A stretch of DNA of 64,000 bases, taken from contig CAWGHH010000004.1 of NCBI GenBank assembly GCA_963822405.1, forward strand, positions 70,226-134,225. The letters run 5' to 3'. A program made the position numbers and the translations under genes. The notes below the pieces were generated by a model. The model did no database searches. It was not told the DNA's origin and worked only from the letters and a program-made list of their open reading frames with translations. Shown one piece after another: positions 56,127 through 64,000 of this stretch. This DNA is from Candidatus Uhrbacteria bacterium. GTDB lineage: Bacteria; Patescibacteriota; Patescibacteriia; UBA9934. How positions within the stretch are numbered: the stretch's first letter is position 1; the number at the start of each line of letters is the position of its first letter.

Positions 56127-57383
56127 TTACACGAGTACGTTCATCACTTCATTGACCGCAACAATCTTCGCCTCGCCTCCGGCACGCTCTTTCCATTCTA
56201 CTCCCCCAGCAGCCAGAGATTTTTCGGAAACAACTAGTCGAACTGGAATTCCAATTAGATCAGCGTCGGCAAACTTAGCGCCAGGACCGATTCCTTCTCG
56301 ATCGTCCCATAACACCTCAACACCCTTTGCCAAAAGCTCTGAATACAATTTGTGTCCAGCCTCGTCGATCGTAATCTGAACCTCTGGGCTTTTCGCGTTT
56401 AGAGAGATGAGATGAACCGCAAATGGCGCTACAGCCTTTGGCCAAATGATACCGTTATCATCATGGGATGCCTCAACGATTGCGCCAACTAATCGAGAAA
56501 CGCCGATTCCGTAACAACCCATGAGAATAGGTGCTCGCGTACTATCCTCAAGTTGAACACTAAAATCAAAATCTTTAGAAAATCTATCGGCTAGGTCAAA
56601 GATATTCCCAACCTCTACGCCCTTTGTTGCCACTAGCGTTCCTTTGCAGTTTGGACAAGCATCCCCCTCTTTAACCGTGGCAATCTCAGTATTCTGCGCA
56701 AAGCTACAAGCTCGACAAAGAATAAGATTATCCTCACCGGCCGGAGTTTCAACTTGGAACTCGTGCGAGGCCTTTTTGGAAAATGAACCGCCAGACGACT
56801 CAGTCACCTTCGCGTCTAAGCCCATTCGGGTATACGCTTTTAAGTACGCTTGCTTGGCTTTTTCGTAGAATGCTTCAAAGTCCTCAGCTGTCGTATGGAA
56901 CGAATACATGTCCTTCATTAAGAATTCACGACCTCTAAGTACGCCACTCTTAGCGCGTAACTCGTCACGGAATTTTGTTTGGATCTGGTAAACGGCGAGC
57001 GGAAGGTCTCGATAGCTCTTAACGAATTCCTGAACAAGAGGCGTAACTATCTCTTCGGCAGTTGGTCCAAGACCGTACTCTTTTCCTGTTTGGCTTGGGA
57101 CTTTAAAAAGTACGTCAACGGAATCCCAACGGTTAGTTTTCATCCAGTTCTCCTTTGGCTGTAACGCTGTCATCAAAATTTCCTGTGCACCAAGGGCATT
57201 CATCTCCTCGCGAACAATCTTTTCGATATTACGAAGAACTCGCAATCCAAGTGGTAACCAAGAATAAACACCAGCCATTTCCTGGTGAACAAATCCGCCC
57301 TGGACTAAATATCGAGCATTGACGCTATCTGCATCAGCCGGACGATTCTTGGAAGATTTCGAAAAAAGTTGGGAGTACTTCAT
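56127..57383 (-). CDS. proS: Prolyl-tRNA synthetase, short form lacking insertion/editing domain
   Basis: Class II aaRS motifs with ProRS-like sequence (…FRDELRAKSGVLRGREFLMKDMYSFH…). 418 aa. Confidence 0.8.
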   Translation of the reverse strand: MKYSQLFSKSSKNRPADADSVNARYLVQGGFVHQEMAGVYSWLPLGLRVLRNIEKIVREEMNALGAQEILMTALQPKENWMKTNRWDSVDVLFKVPSQTGKEYGLGPTAEEIVTPLVQEFVKSYRDLPLAVYQIQTKFRDELRAKSGVLRGREFLMKDMYSFHTTAEDFEAFYEKAKQAYLKAYTRMGLDAKVTESSGGSFSKKASHEFQVETPAGEDNLILCRACSFAQNTEIATVKEGDACPNCKGTLVATKGVEVGNIFDLADRFSKDFDFSVQLEDSTRAPILMGCYGIGVSRLVGAIVEASHDDNGIIWPKAVAPFAVHLISLNAKSPEVQITIDEAGHKLYSELLAKGVEVLWDDREGIGPGAKFADADLIGIPVRLVVSEKSLAAGGVEWKERAGGEAKIVAVNEVMNVLV

Positions 57384-57409
57384 AGTGAAAGGATGGTAGC
57401 ACCCCTTCC

Positions 57410-57712
57410 CTACGGTGTCACCTGGATCATGGATCCAGCAAAATGCGCAATAATCAAAACAATTCCAATTCCCATAATAATGAGGGCGAGCTGGAAAATG
57501 GCCTTCGCGTCCTTATCGTCAGACACGAAACCGACGAATATATATGAGGCAAAACCCAGAATTAACATTGCTGGCACACCAGCCAAGACGATTCCAACCA
57601 GTAATAATGGTGACATATATGTGGTAGGGGTCGACCCATGCGTCGACCCATTTATATACATTATAACAGAAAAAATAATGGAGGGCGCATGAGCCCTCCG
57701 AACGACGGTCAC
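57410..57712 (-). CDS. Small hydrophobic membrane protein (start uncertain)
   Basis: Two predicted TM helices. A family A repeat lies within or just upstream of the N-terminus and encodes GSTHGSTPTT. Confidence 0.35.
   Translation of the reverse strand: MTVVRRAHAPSIIFSVIMYINGSTHGSTPTTYMSPLLLVGIVLAGVPAMLILGFASYIFVGFVSDDKDAKAIFQLALIIMGIGIVLIIAHFAGSMIQVTP
57627..57649. repeat. Family A element (GGGGTCGACCCatgcGTCGACCC) in small membrane ORF region
   Basis: Encodes GSTHGSTP in the 57410..57712 frame. A degenerate half-copy lies at 58055-58075. Confidence 0.7.
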
Positions 57713-57723
57713 TCAAACCGATT

Positions 57724-58008
57724 CTATTTCCCCTTTCGAGTCTTTTTGTACTTCTTGAGGATGTCACGGTACCGTCGCGGCATGGGACGACACGGAATAC
57801 CAGCTCGCTTGGCATTCTTTCGGACTATCTTGTCAATCCTCCACAGATCTTCAGCGGTGATTCGAATCTCACCTGGGTCATACGTCCTCACATCAGAATG
57901 CATCCTTGGACGAGTAGCGATTCGAGCAATCCTTCGTACCTCATCCAAAAACTCCTGACTTCCGCACAAATGAGTCACGACGACACACCGCACATCACTC
58001 GCCATCAC
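57724..58008 (-). CDS. Hypothetical basic protein (94 aa)
   Basis: ORF overlapping the upstream ORF by 4 nt. Lys/Arg-rich C-terminus. Confidence 0.4.
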   Translation of the reverse strand: MMASDVRCVVVTHLCGSQEFLDEVRRIARIATRPRMHSDVRTYDPGEIRITAEDLWRIDKIVRKNAKRAGIPCRPMPRRYRDILKKYKKTRKGK

Positions 58009-58310
58009 ACACCTCCCATTTGTCGTGACGCAGGTCCGTCGAAAACCGTGAACGAGTCGACCCCCACATACGAGCGGGAGACGATTTTTTCGTCGGACGG
58101 AACGTCGGGCACGTCGACATAAATCACACGTCCTTCAGTTTCCTTACACCCCCCACCACCGCGCGGAGGCCTTAATTCACCATGACGACCATGGAAGAGC
58201 CAGTACAAAAACCTCGGCACAAGGAGCGAGACCGCAACGCCCATCACCATCGCGGCAAACATTGAACTTGCGATTTGTTCGATGATAAACGACCAATCAA
58301 ATGCCCGCAT
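58005..58310 (-). CDS. Hypothetical small membrane protein (101 aa)
   Basis: N-terminal TM helix. Adjacent to the tRNA-Lys 3-prime end. Confidence 0.4.
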   Translation of the reverse strand: MRAFDWSFIIEQIASSMFAAMVMGVAVSLLVPRFLYWLFHGRHGELRPPRGGGGCKETEGRVIYVDVPDVPSDEKIVSRSYVGVDSFTVFDGPASRQMGGV

Positions 58311-58391
58311 GGAAACCTCCCAAAAGGGACAGTATGCAAAAACGGATGATTCGTCAAAACAAAACGACCCTTCTTTCGAAGGATCGGCTTG

Positions 58392-58467
58392 TGGTGCACC
58401 GGGCGGGACTCGAACCCGCGACCAAGAGATTAAGAGTCTCCTGCTCTACCAACTGAGCTACCGATGC
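58392..58467 (-). tRNA. tRNA-Lys (anticodon CTT)
   Basis: Cloverleaf folded by hand: acceptor GCATCGG/CCGGTGC, D-arm GCTC-AGTTGGTA-GAGC, anticodon loop CTCTTAA, T-arm GCGGG-TTCGAGT-CCCGC, encoded CCA. Confidence 0.85.
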
Positions 58468-58529
58468 GCATAAAGTCCATTTTATCCCCTTTTCAGGGAT
58501 AGATGACGGACGTCAGTATGCCAAATGCT

Positions 58530-58558
58530 TTGACTGTGGTCAAGATTTTTGCTAGTAT
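58530..58558 (+). promoter_or_regulatory. Promoter for tRNA-Arg: TTGACT-N17-TAGTAT
   Basis: Near-consensus -35/-10 with 17-nt spacer, ending 11 nt before the tRNA 5-prime end. Confidence 0.55.
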
Positions 58559-58569
58559 TCTAGCGTTCT

Positions 58570-58646
58570 GTGGTGTTAGCTCAGCTGGATAGAGCATCTG
58601 CCTTCGAAGCAGAGGGTCGGGGGTTCAAATCCCTCACACCACACCA
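58570..58646 (+). tRNA. tRNA-Arg (anticodon TCG)
   Basis: Acceptor GTGGTGT/ACACCAC, D-arm GCTC-AGCTGGATA-GAGC, anticodon loop CTTCGAA, 5-nt variable loop, T-arm GGGGG-TTCAAAT-CCCTC, encoded CCA. Confidence 0.85.
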
Positions 58647-58730
58647 GAAACAAAAGAGAGATATCTTGGTAAAATTTTTAGGAGGTAATCCGACTCAAAT
58701 TTTAACGAGATATCTCTCTTTTGTTTCTGG
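58644..58730. repeat. Family C hairpin between convergent tRNA-Arg and rnc
   Basis: 23-bp perfect arms CCAGAAACAAAAGAGAGATATCT / AGATATCTCTCTTTTGTTTCTGG around the conserved core (minus-strand orientation). Overlaps the tRNA CCA end. Confidence 0.75.
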
Positions 58731-58733
58731 TGC

Positions 58734-59426
58734 TCACCACCCCTTCTCTTTCACTGCCGCTTGGGCAGCTGCTACCTGCGCCTCCTGCTTGCTTGATCCT
58801 TCTGCTTGTGCAACAAGGTCTTTGCCGAGGAATGCGCCGACAACGAATATCTTTGCGTGGTCGGGACCGGTTTCGCTCAGCACTTTGTAGCTTGGTGTGA
58901 TGCCGAGTTTTGATTGGGAAGCTTCCTGGAAAACGCTCTTGGGATCCGCGAACAAACGCTTTTCAATAATATTCGGCAAGTGAGACAGGACGTGTTTCGT
59001 GATGAAGGTCTTCGACAACTCCCAACCAAAGTCCAAATAGATCGCGCCAATAATAGATTCCATCGCATTCGCCAAAATATATTTGCGCGCTTTTGAATTA
59101 GCGTCCTTCTCCTCGCCCTTCGACAAATACAGATACGGTTCAACCCCAAGTGACGCCGCGATTTCACCAAGCGAGTCACCGTTCACAAGCGCCGAACGCC
59201 AAGTAGTCAGATCTCCTTCTGGGTTTGGGTAGTTGATGTAGAGGTTCTCCGTGACGACGAGCTCAAGCACGGCGTCTCCGAGAAACTCCAATCGTTCGTT
59301 ATGATCAAGCGGAAAATCTGGGTGTTCATTAAGGTATGAACGGTGAACAACTGCCTGTTCTAAATGTCCGTCTGCCTTGAAAGGAATCTCGAGCTTATCT
59401 GCCAATTCTTGAATGTTCTTTTCCAT
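58734..59426 (-). CDS. rnc: Ribonuclease III
   Basis: ERLEFLGDAVLELVV catalytic signature. dsRBD at C-terminus. TGA stop. Confidence 0.9.
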   Translation of the reverse strand: MEKNIQELADKLEIPFKADGHLEQAVVHRSYLNEHPDFPLDHNERLEFLGDAVLELVVTENLYINYPNPEGDLTTWRSALVNGDSLGEIAASLGVEPYLYLSKGEEKDANSKARKYILANAMESIIGAIYLDFGWELSKTFITKHVLSHLPNIIEKRLFADPKSVFQEASQSKLGITPSYKVLSETGPDHAKIFVVGAFLGKDLVAQAEGSSKQEAQVAAAQAAVKEKGW

Positions 59427-59428
59427 AA

Positions 59429-59911
59429 TTATTTTTCAGCCAGTTCAGCAGCCTTCTTCTTCTCCATATCTACGTCTACTTGCTTAACTATCCCGTTATC
59501 AACTCTATCCTTGTAAATCGCGCCGAGGACTCCGTTCACAAATTTACCAGACGCATCTCCCCCAAAAGTCTTGCCGAGCTCAATCGCTTCATTGATCGCT
59601 ACCTTCGACGGAATCGTCTCGTCCAGCTTAAGCTCGTAAACACCAAGACGCAAAACGTTACGGTCGATCAAAGTCATCGTGTCGACTGTCCAGTTTGGCG
59701 CAAAACGGTTAATAGTTTCGTCTATCTCCCCCATTCGCTTAACAATATCTGTCACCTGACGCTCAACATAGCCACCGTCCTCAAAGTCCGGGGCAAACTC
59801 AGTTTTCACAAAATTCATGATCTCTGGTAATCGAGTCATTTCTCGGCCTCTGAAATCCCATTCGTAAAGGGCCTGCATGGCCATGGTTCTAGCTAGGTGA
59901 CGGTTGGACAT
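59429..59911 (-). CDS. nusB: Transcription antitermination factor NusB
   Basis: ARTMAMQALYEWDF… NusB family sequence. Confidence 0.85.
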   Translation of the reverse strand: MSNRHLARTMAMQALYEWDFRGREMTRLPEIMNFVKTEFAPDFEDGGYVERQVTDIVKRMGEIDETINRFAPNWTVDTMTLIDRNVLRLGVYELKLDETIPSKVAINEAIELGKTFGGDASGKFVNGVLGAIYKDRVDNGIVKQVDVDMEKKKAAELAEK

Positions 59912-59957
59912 ATTTCAAGGAACAGAATACCAAGATTCTCTTAAAACTGAAAACCGC

Positions 59958-60248
59958 TTATTCAGCGGCTTTCTTTTCTTCCTTTACTTTAGCTACTTTC
60001 TTTGGGGCTTTAGCTGCTTTTGCAACTTTTGGCGCCTTAACTTCTTTCTTCAAGACCTTCTTTACTTCTTCCATGCCCGTCTTCTTAACGGAGCGGTCAC
60101 CATACTTACCGCATTTCTTACAAGCACGGTGTGGAAGAGTGACGTAACCACAACCAGCACAGGTTGAAGTCATCACGGCCTTTAGGGCGTGGTGGGATCG
60201 GCGTCTTCGAACTTTTGAGCGAGAGCTTCTAAATGACGGTAGTGGCAT
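59958..60248 (-). CDS. rpmF: 50S ribosomal protein L32 with Lys-rich C-terminal extension
   Basis: RRRSHHAL…C-x2-C…C-x2-C zinc ribbon of L32. Start at MPLPSF. Confidence 0.75.
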   Translation of the reverse strand: MPLPSFRSSRSKVRRRRSHHALKAVMTSTCAGCGYVTLPHRACKKCGKYGDRSVKKTGMEEVKKVLKKEVKAPKVAKAAKAPKKVAKVKEEKKAAE

Positions 60249-60315
60249 AGAAATCAATTAAGGTTGGCCGAATAGTACAAAGATTGATGGAGAACGTCAA
60301 GAAATGACGGGTAGT

Positions 60316-62811
60316 CTATTTATCTGCCCCTTCTTCTCCCCCAACAATCGTGGCTGTTGCCACCTTATCTGATGGCGTCTTGAAGCGCATGACTTTCACG
60401 CCTTGAGTGGCTCGGCCAAGCACTGAAACCGTGTTCACGGCCGTTCTAATGATCTGACCAGCTACAGATACAACCAACAAATCCCTATCGTCTTTCTCTT
60501 TGACGATATGTGAGGCTACTAGTTTACCTGTTTTTGGCGACAACTGCGCTGCCTTGATTCCTTGTCCGCCACGATTCTGCAAGGTGTATTCCTCTACCGG
60601 CGAACGTTTGCCGTAACCGTTTTCCATGATGTTCAGGAATAGTCGGCCGTCCTTCAAGTCTTCCTGGGTGATCACGTCCATACCGATCACCTCATCTTCA
60701 CCCTTTAGTTTGATACCTCGAACACCAGCGGCGACTCTGCCCATGCCTCGAACATCCTCTTCCGAGAAGTGAATGGACATTCCGTTATAAGTAGTGAGCA
60801 GAATGTCATCTTTACCCGTCGAGGTCTTGACCCACTGCAAGTTATCGCCGTCGTTTAGCTTAATCGCAATCAAGCCAGACTTACGGACGTTTTCAAAATC
60901 GTCGAGTGATGTCTTCTTGATTGTTCCCCGGCTAGTCACCATGACAATGTATTTTGCTTTGCTCTTTTTCAAGTCGCCCGTGAGCACTGCAGTAACTTTT
61001 TCGCCTGGACCAAGTTCGAGGAAATTCACGATCGCCTGCCCCTTTGCAGTCCTTGATGCTTCTGGAATGTCATAAGCCTTCAAACGGAACACTCGGCCAC
61101 GAGACGTGAAGAACATCATGTCTTCATGGGTACTCGTCGACCAAATGTTTTCAACCGAATCTTCTTCTTTAGTCGTAAGACCGATAACACCCTTTCCGCC
61201 ACGGCCTTGAACAGTGAAATTATCAGGCGACACGCGCTTGATATAGCCGTCCTTGGTCATCAAAACAACCGTCTGGACATCTGGAATCAAATCCTCCATT
61301 GAGAACTCCTTCACGCCAGACTTAATGATTTTTGTTCGGCGAGCGTCACCGTATTCCTTCATGAGCACCTCGATTTCATCAGTAATCACCTTCATCATCT
61401 TTTTGTCAGACGCCAAAATTGATTCAAGCTCTTTCATGATCTTCGTCTTCTCCTTGTGCTCTTCTTCAACGCGCAAACGCTCAAGATTCGCGAGAGCTTG
61501 TAGGCGCATTTCAAGAATGGCAATTGCCTGACGCTCCGTCATCTTAAACCGCTTCATCAAATTAACTCGCGCCTCATCTTTATCAGCCGACTTCTTGATA
61601 GTAGCGATCACCTCGTCAATGTTCTCGAGTGCGATGATCAACCCGTCGAGGATATGCAAACGATCCTTGATCTTGTCGAGATCAAACTGGGTACGACGTT
61701 TAACAACAACTCGGCGGTGCTTGACGTGTTCTTCAAGAATCTGCTTCAAGTTCAAAATACGCGGCTGAATCCCGTCGACCAAAGCTAAAACGTTATAGTG
61801 GAACGAGGTCTGAAGTGGCGTCATCTGGTACAACATGTTCAACACTTTTCGAGGGTACGAGTCCTTCTTTAGCTCGATAACAATCCGCACACCCTCTTTG
61901 TTTGATTCGTCACGAAGATCACGAATACCCTCAATTTTCTTTTCGCGAACCAAATCTGCAATCTTTTCAATCAAGGTCGACTTGTTCACCATGTACGGGA
62001 TCTCGGACACCACGATCATGCTCATGTCCTTCTTGCCTTCGACAATTTCTGCCGTGGCCCTGCAAACTACTCCCCCGCGACCAGTTGAATACGCCGTTCT
62101 CAAATCATTTGCTCCGTAAACGATTCCTCCAGTTGGGAAATCAGGTCCCGGAATGTGCACCATTAGATCTTCAACCGTCATGTCAGGATTTTCGATCAAC
62201 GCCAAAAGACCAGCACAAACTTCCTTCACGTTATGTGGAGGAATGTTAGTGGCCATACCAACAGCAATACCGAGCGTGCCGTTTACGAGAAGGTTCGGTA
62301 ATTTTGTCGGCAAAACAACTGGCTCTTCATGAGAACCATCGTAGTTTGGGCGGAAATCAACTGTATTCTTTTCAATGTCGGTCAACAATTCCTCGGAAAT
62401 ATAAGAAAGCTTAGCTTCCGTGTAACGCATGGCAGCCGCTGAGTCTCCGTCCATTGAACCAAAGTTTCCTTGACCCTGAACGAGCAAATAACGCGTCGAA
62501 AAGTCCTGTGCCATGCGCACCATGGACTCGTAGATAGCCGAGTCACCATGAGGGTGATACTTGGCCATCACTTCTCCAACTACGTTGGCAGACTTACGGA
62601 AACGCGCCGTTGGCCTAAGACCAATAGTCCACATTGCGTACAAAATTCGACGATGCACCGGCTTCAAACCGTCACGCACATCAGGAAGCGCGCGCGAAAC
62701 AATCACGCTCATGGCGTAATCTAGGTAACATCTTCGCATCTCCTCTGTAATGCTCTGCTCAATGATTGTCCCAATTGGCTGTAACTTCTGTTCTTCAGGT
62801 TCTTTTGCCAT
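60316..62811 (-). CDS. gyrA: DNA gyrase subunit A
   Basis: [29 protein letters not shown] with active-site Tyr region. GyrA C-terminal beta-pinwheel repeats. Confidence 0.95.
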   Translation of the reverse strand: MAKEPEEQKLQPIGTIIEQSITEEMRRCYLDYAMSVIVSRALPDVRDGLKPVHRRILYAMWTIGLRPTARFRKSANVVGEVMAKYHPHGDSAIYESMVRMAQDFSTRYLLVQGQGNFGSMDGDSAAAMRYTEAKLSYISEELLTDIEKNTVDFRPNYDGSHEEPVVLPTKLPNLLVNGTLGIAVGMATNIPPHNVKEVCAGLLALIENPDMTVEDLMVHIPGPDFPTGGIVYGANDLRTAYSTGRGGVVCRATAEIVEGKKDMSMIVVSEIPYMVNKSTLIEKIADLVREKKIEGIRDLRDESNKEGVRIVIELKKDSYPRKVLNMLYQMTPLQTSFHYNVLALVDGIQPRILNLKQILEEHVKHRRVVVKRRTQFDLDKIKDRLHILDGLIIALENIDEVIATIKKSADKDEARVNLMKRFKMTERQAIAILEMRLQALANLERLRVEEEHKEKTKIMKELESILASDKKMMKVITDEIEVLMKEYGDARRTKIIKSGVKEFSMEDLIPDVQTVVLMTKDGYIKRVSPDNFTVQGRGGKGVIGLTTKEEDSVENIWSTSTHEDMMFFTSRGRVFRLKAYDIPEASRTAKGQAIVNFLELGPGEKVTAVLTGDLKKSKAKYIVMVTSRGTIKKTSLDDFENVRKSGLIAIKLNDGDNLQWVKTSTGKDDILLTTYNGMSIHFSEEDVRGMGRVAAGVRGIKLKGEDEVIGMDVITQEDLKDGRLFLNIMENGYGKRSPVEEYTLQNRGGQGIKAAQLSPKTGKLVASHIVKEKDDRDLLVVSVAGQIIRTAVNTVSVLGRATQGVKVMRFKTPSDKVATATIVGGEEGADK

Positions 62812-62817
62812 ACGAGC

Positions 62818-63147
62818 CTATTGTCCGCTAGGAGTTGTGGGTGCGGGTACCGAAGTATCCTGCAAAAGTTTCTTAAATTTTTCAACTGCAGTATCAGCAG
62901 CTGTAGGAGCAGCCTGTGCAACGCCTTCTTTAGCTGGCGCTGTAGCCGCTAAACTAGTATCAGCAAACTGCGTCTTCATGTCTGCGTAGTCAGTTCTCAC
63001 TGAAGCCAAAGCTCTAGTAGAGAGCGTAGCATTCAGCTGAGCAACTCCAACTATGACAACAACTACGAAGGCTCCAACAAAAATTGCTAAGAGTTCTTGC
63101 TTACCCTTTGGAATCTTCCGCTTGATAATGAGTCTATTTCCCTCCAT
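62818..63147 (-). CDS. Small membrane protein, hypothetical
   Basis: Single TM helix (LLAIFVGAFVVVVIVGVA) followed by an Ala/Thr-rich tail. Confidence 0.4.
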   Translation of the reverse strand: MEGNRLIIKRKIPKGKQELLAIFVGAFVVVVIVGVAQLNATLSTRALASVRTDYADMKTQFADTSLAATAPAKEGVAQAAPTAADTAVEKFKKLLQDTSVPAPTTPSGQ

Positions 63148-63155
63148 AAGCTATT

Positions 63156-63794
63156 TTATTTAGTGAAAATCACTAATTTCATATCTTCCTCGGGCAAACC
63201 AGACTTCACAATCTTCAGCTTGTTCACTTCTTCTGTTGGGCAACCAAGTTCTCGCTTAATAGCATCTGCCGTTCCGTAGTCATCTCCCCCGTCTACATAA
63301 GATGGGATCACTAGGCGAGGTTCGATTTGGGCAACAACCTCAGCTGCTAATGACGCGGTGAGTACATTCTTTCCCCCGGCTGGCAAAATGAGAATGTCGA
63401 TTGGCCCGAGCCCTTCGATCTCTTTCTCCGTCAAAACTCGATCAATCGCCCCAAGGAATCCAATCTTCACACCTTCAATATCAAAGTGATAAATAGTATG
63501 TGCAGTGCCATCTTTCTTAGTAGCATCAACTCCAGCAACTGCCACTCCCCCAACCTCATATTCCCCCGCGTGCGGAATGTTGAACACCTTTTTGTGATCC
63601 TCTGGATGTTCAGGTTCCACGGCCTTAAAGTTGTTCGCGTCAGCCTCATCATGGCTACTAACAACCAATGACGCAACCTGCGCTTTAAATTTAGTGTTCG
63701 GGCTATTAAATGGATTCGTCACCAAAGTAACATCAGCCTGCGCCGGTTTTGCCACAATCGTAAAACTCCCAAGTCCGTTATAAGCAATCTGCAT
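63156..63794 (-). CDS. MBL-fold metal-dependent hydrolase
   Basis: Beta-lactamase-fold pattern (VVSSHDEAD… ILILPAGG). Start at MQIAYNG. Confidence 0.55.
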   Translation of the reverse strand: MQIAYNGLGSFTIVAKPAQADVTLVTNPFNSPNTKFKAQVASLVVSSHDEADANNFKAVEPEHPEDHKKVFNIPHAGEYEVGGVAVAGVDATKKDGTAHTIYHFDIEGVKIGFLGAIDRVLTEKEIEGLGPIDILILPAGGKNVLTASLAAEVVAQIEPRLVIPSYVDGGDDYGTADAIKRELGCPTEEVNKLKIVKSGLPEEDMKLVIFTK

Positions 63795-63869
63795 AAGTGT
63801 ATTTCCCGTACAGATTACCACGACCCCCACAAAATACCAACACAAAATACACACACCAAATGCCAAACA

Positions 63870-64000
63870 ACTACTCCGCCCCCTCCTCTCTCACCTCCTC
63901 CTCTTCAAGCACCGTTGACCAATTCTCAATCTCCTTCATAATTTCATCCTCAACTGGATCACGCTCGACAATTGACCAACCTTCTTCGAATTGATCCGCC
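63870..64000 (-). CDS. C-terminal fragment of a hypothetical acidic protein (gene begins beyond window end)
   Basis: Open minus-strand frame ending …IMKEIENWSTVLEEEEVREEGAE-TAG at 63870. Confidence 0.3.

Noticed and set aside
755-57649. Possibility that the dispersed palindromic repeats form a CRISPR array
   Set aside because: Copies are tens of kb apart, inside genes, with no regular repeat-spacer periodicity and no cas genes. They are dispersed mini-elements, not CRISPR.
58282-58473. 63-aa plus-strand ORF overlapping tRNA-Lys
   Set aside because: Overlaps a confidently folded tRNA on the opposite strand. Spurious.

Overview
This 64 kb window reads as a compact bacterial chromosome segment. 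The genetic code is standard: TGA is used as a stop for leuS (8757-8759), rnc (58734-58736) and the ORF at 1343..1669. Coding density is high with many 1-4 nt overlaps.

Recognisable housekeeping genes are: the str operon rpsL-rpsG-fusA; murA; an M50 protease; an FMN reductase; ndk; ComEC split into separate MBL and channel genes; leuS; a rhodanese; a Glu/Leu/Phe/Val dehydrogenase; an RsmB-family methyltransferase; rarA; trxB; trxA; infB; mutM; truB; rny; HU; proS (short form); tRNA-Lys(CTT); tRNA-Arg(TCG); rnc; nusB; rpmF; gyrA.

These are interleaved with three very large Thr/Gly-rich secreted surface proteins (about 1320, 2845 and 2550 codons). Two of these are interrupted by an in-frame TGA and/or 1-nt frameshifts. 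There is also a roughly 7 kb cell-surface gene island with dockerin-like, cohesin-like and DUF916-like proteins. The gene content (split ComEC, giant surface proteins, short ProRS, small tightly packed genes) suggests a reduced-genome, possibly episymbiotic (CPR/Patescibacteria-like) bacterium; this is inference only.

The most unusual signal is three families of short dispersed repeats:
- Family A: a SalI-site palindrome, GGGTCGAC-N4-7-GTCGACCC, with a GGGCCGAC-ATCGAA-GTCGGCCC variant.
- Family B: a C5/G5 hairpin element, CCCCCT(T)TGG...CCCCCTGGAAGGGGGAAG.
- Family C: a 60-95 nt long-stem hairpin with a conserved loop, AAATTTGAGTCGGAnTACCTCCTAAAAATTT.

Families A and B are repeatedly inserted in-frame inside conserved genes (leuS, comEC, the ComEC-MBL gene, truB, the rsmB-like gene, a giant surface gene and small membrane ORFs), where they are translated as short Gly/Ser/Pro-rich peptides. 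This is analogous to Rickettsia palindromic elements. Family C sits at gene 3-prime ends.

Several short GC-rich hypothetical genes look horizontally acquired. One of them is wedged between trxB and trxA.
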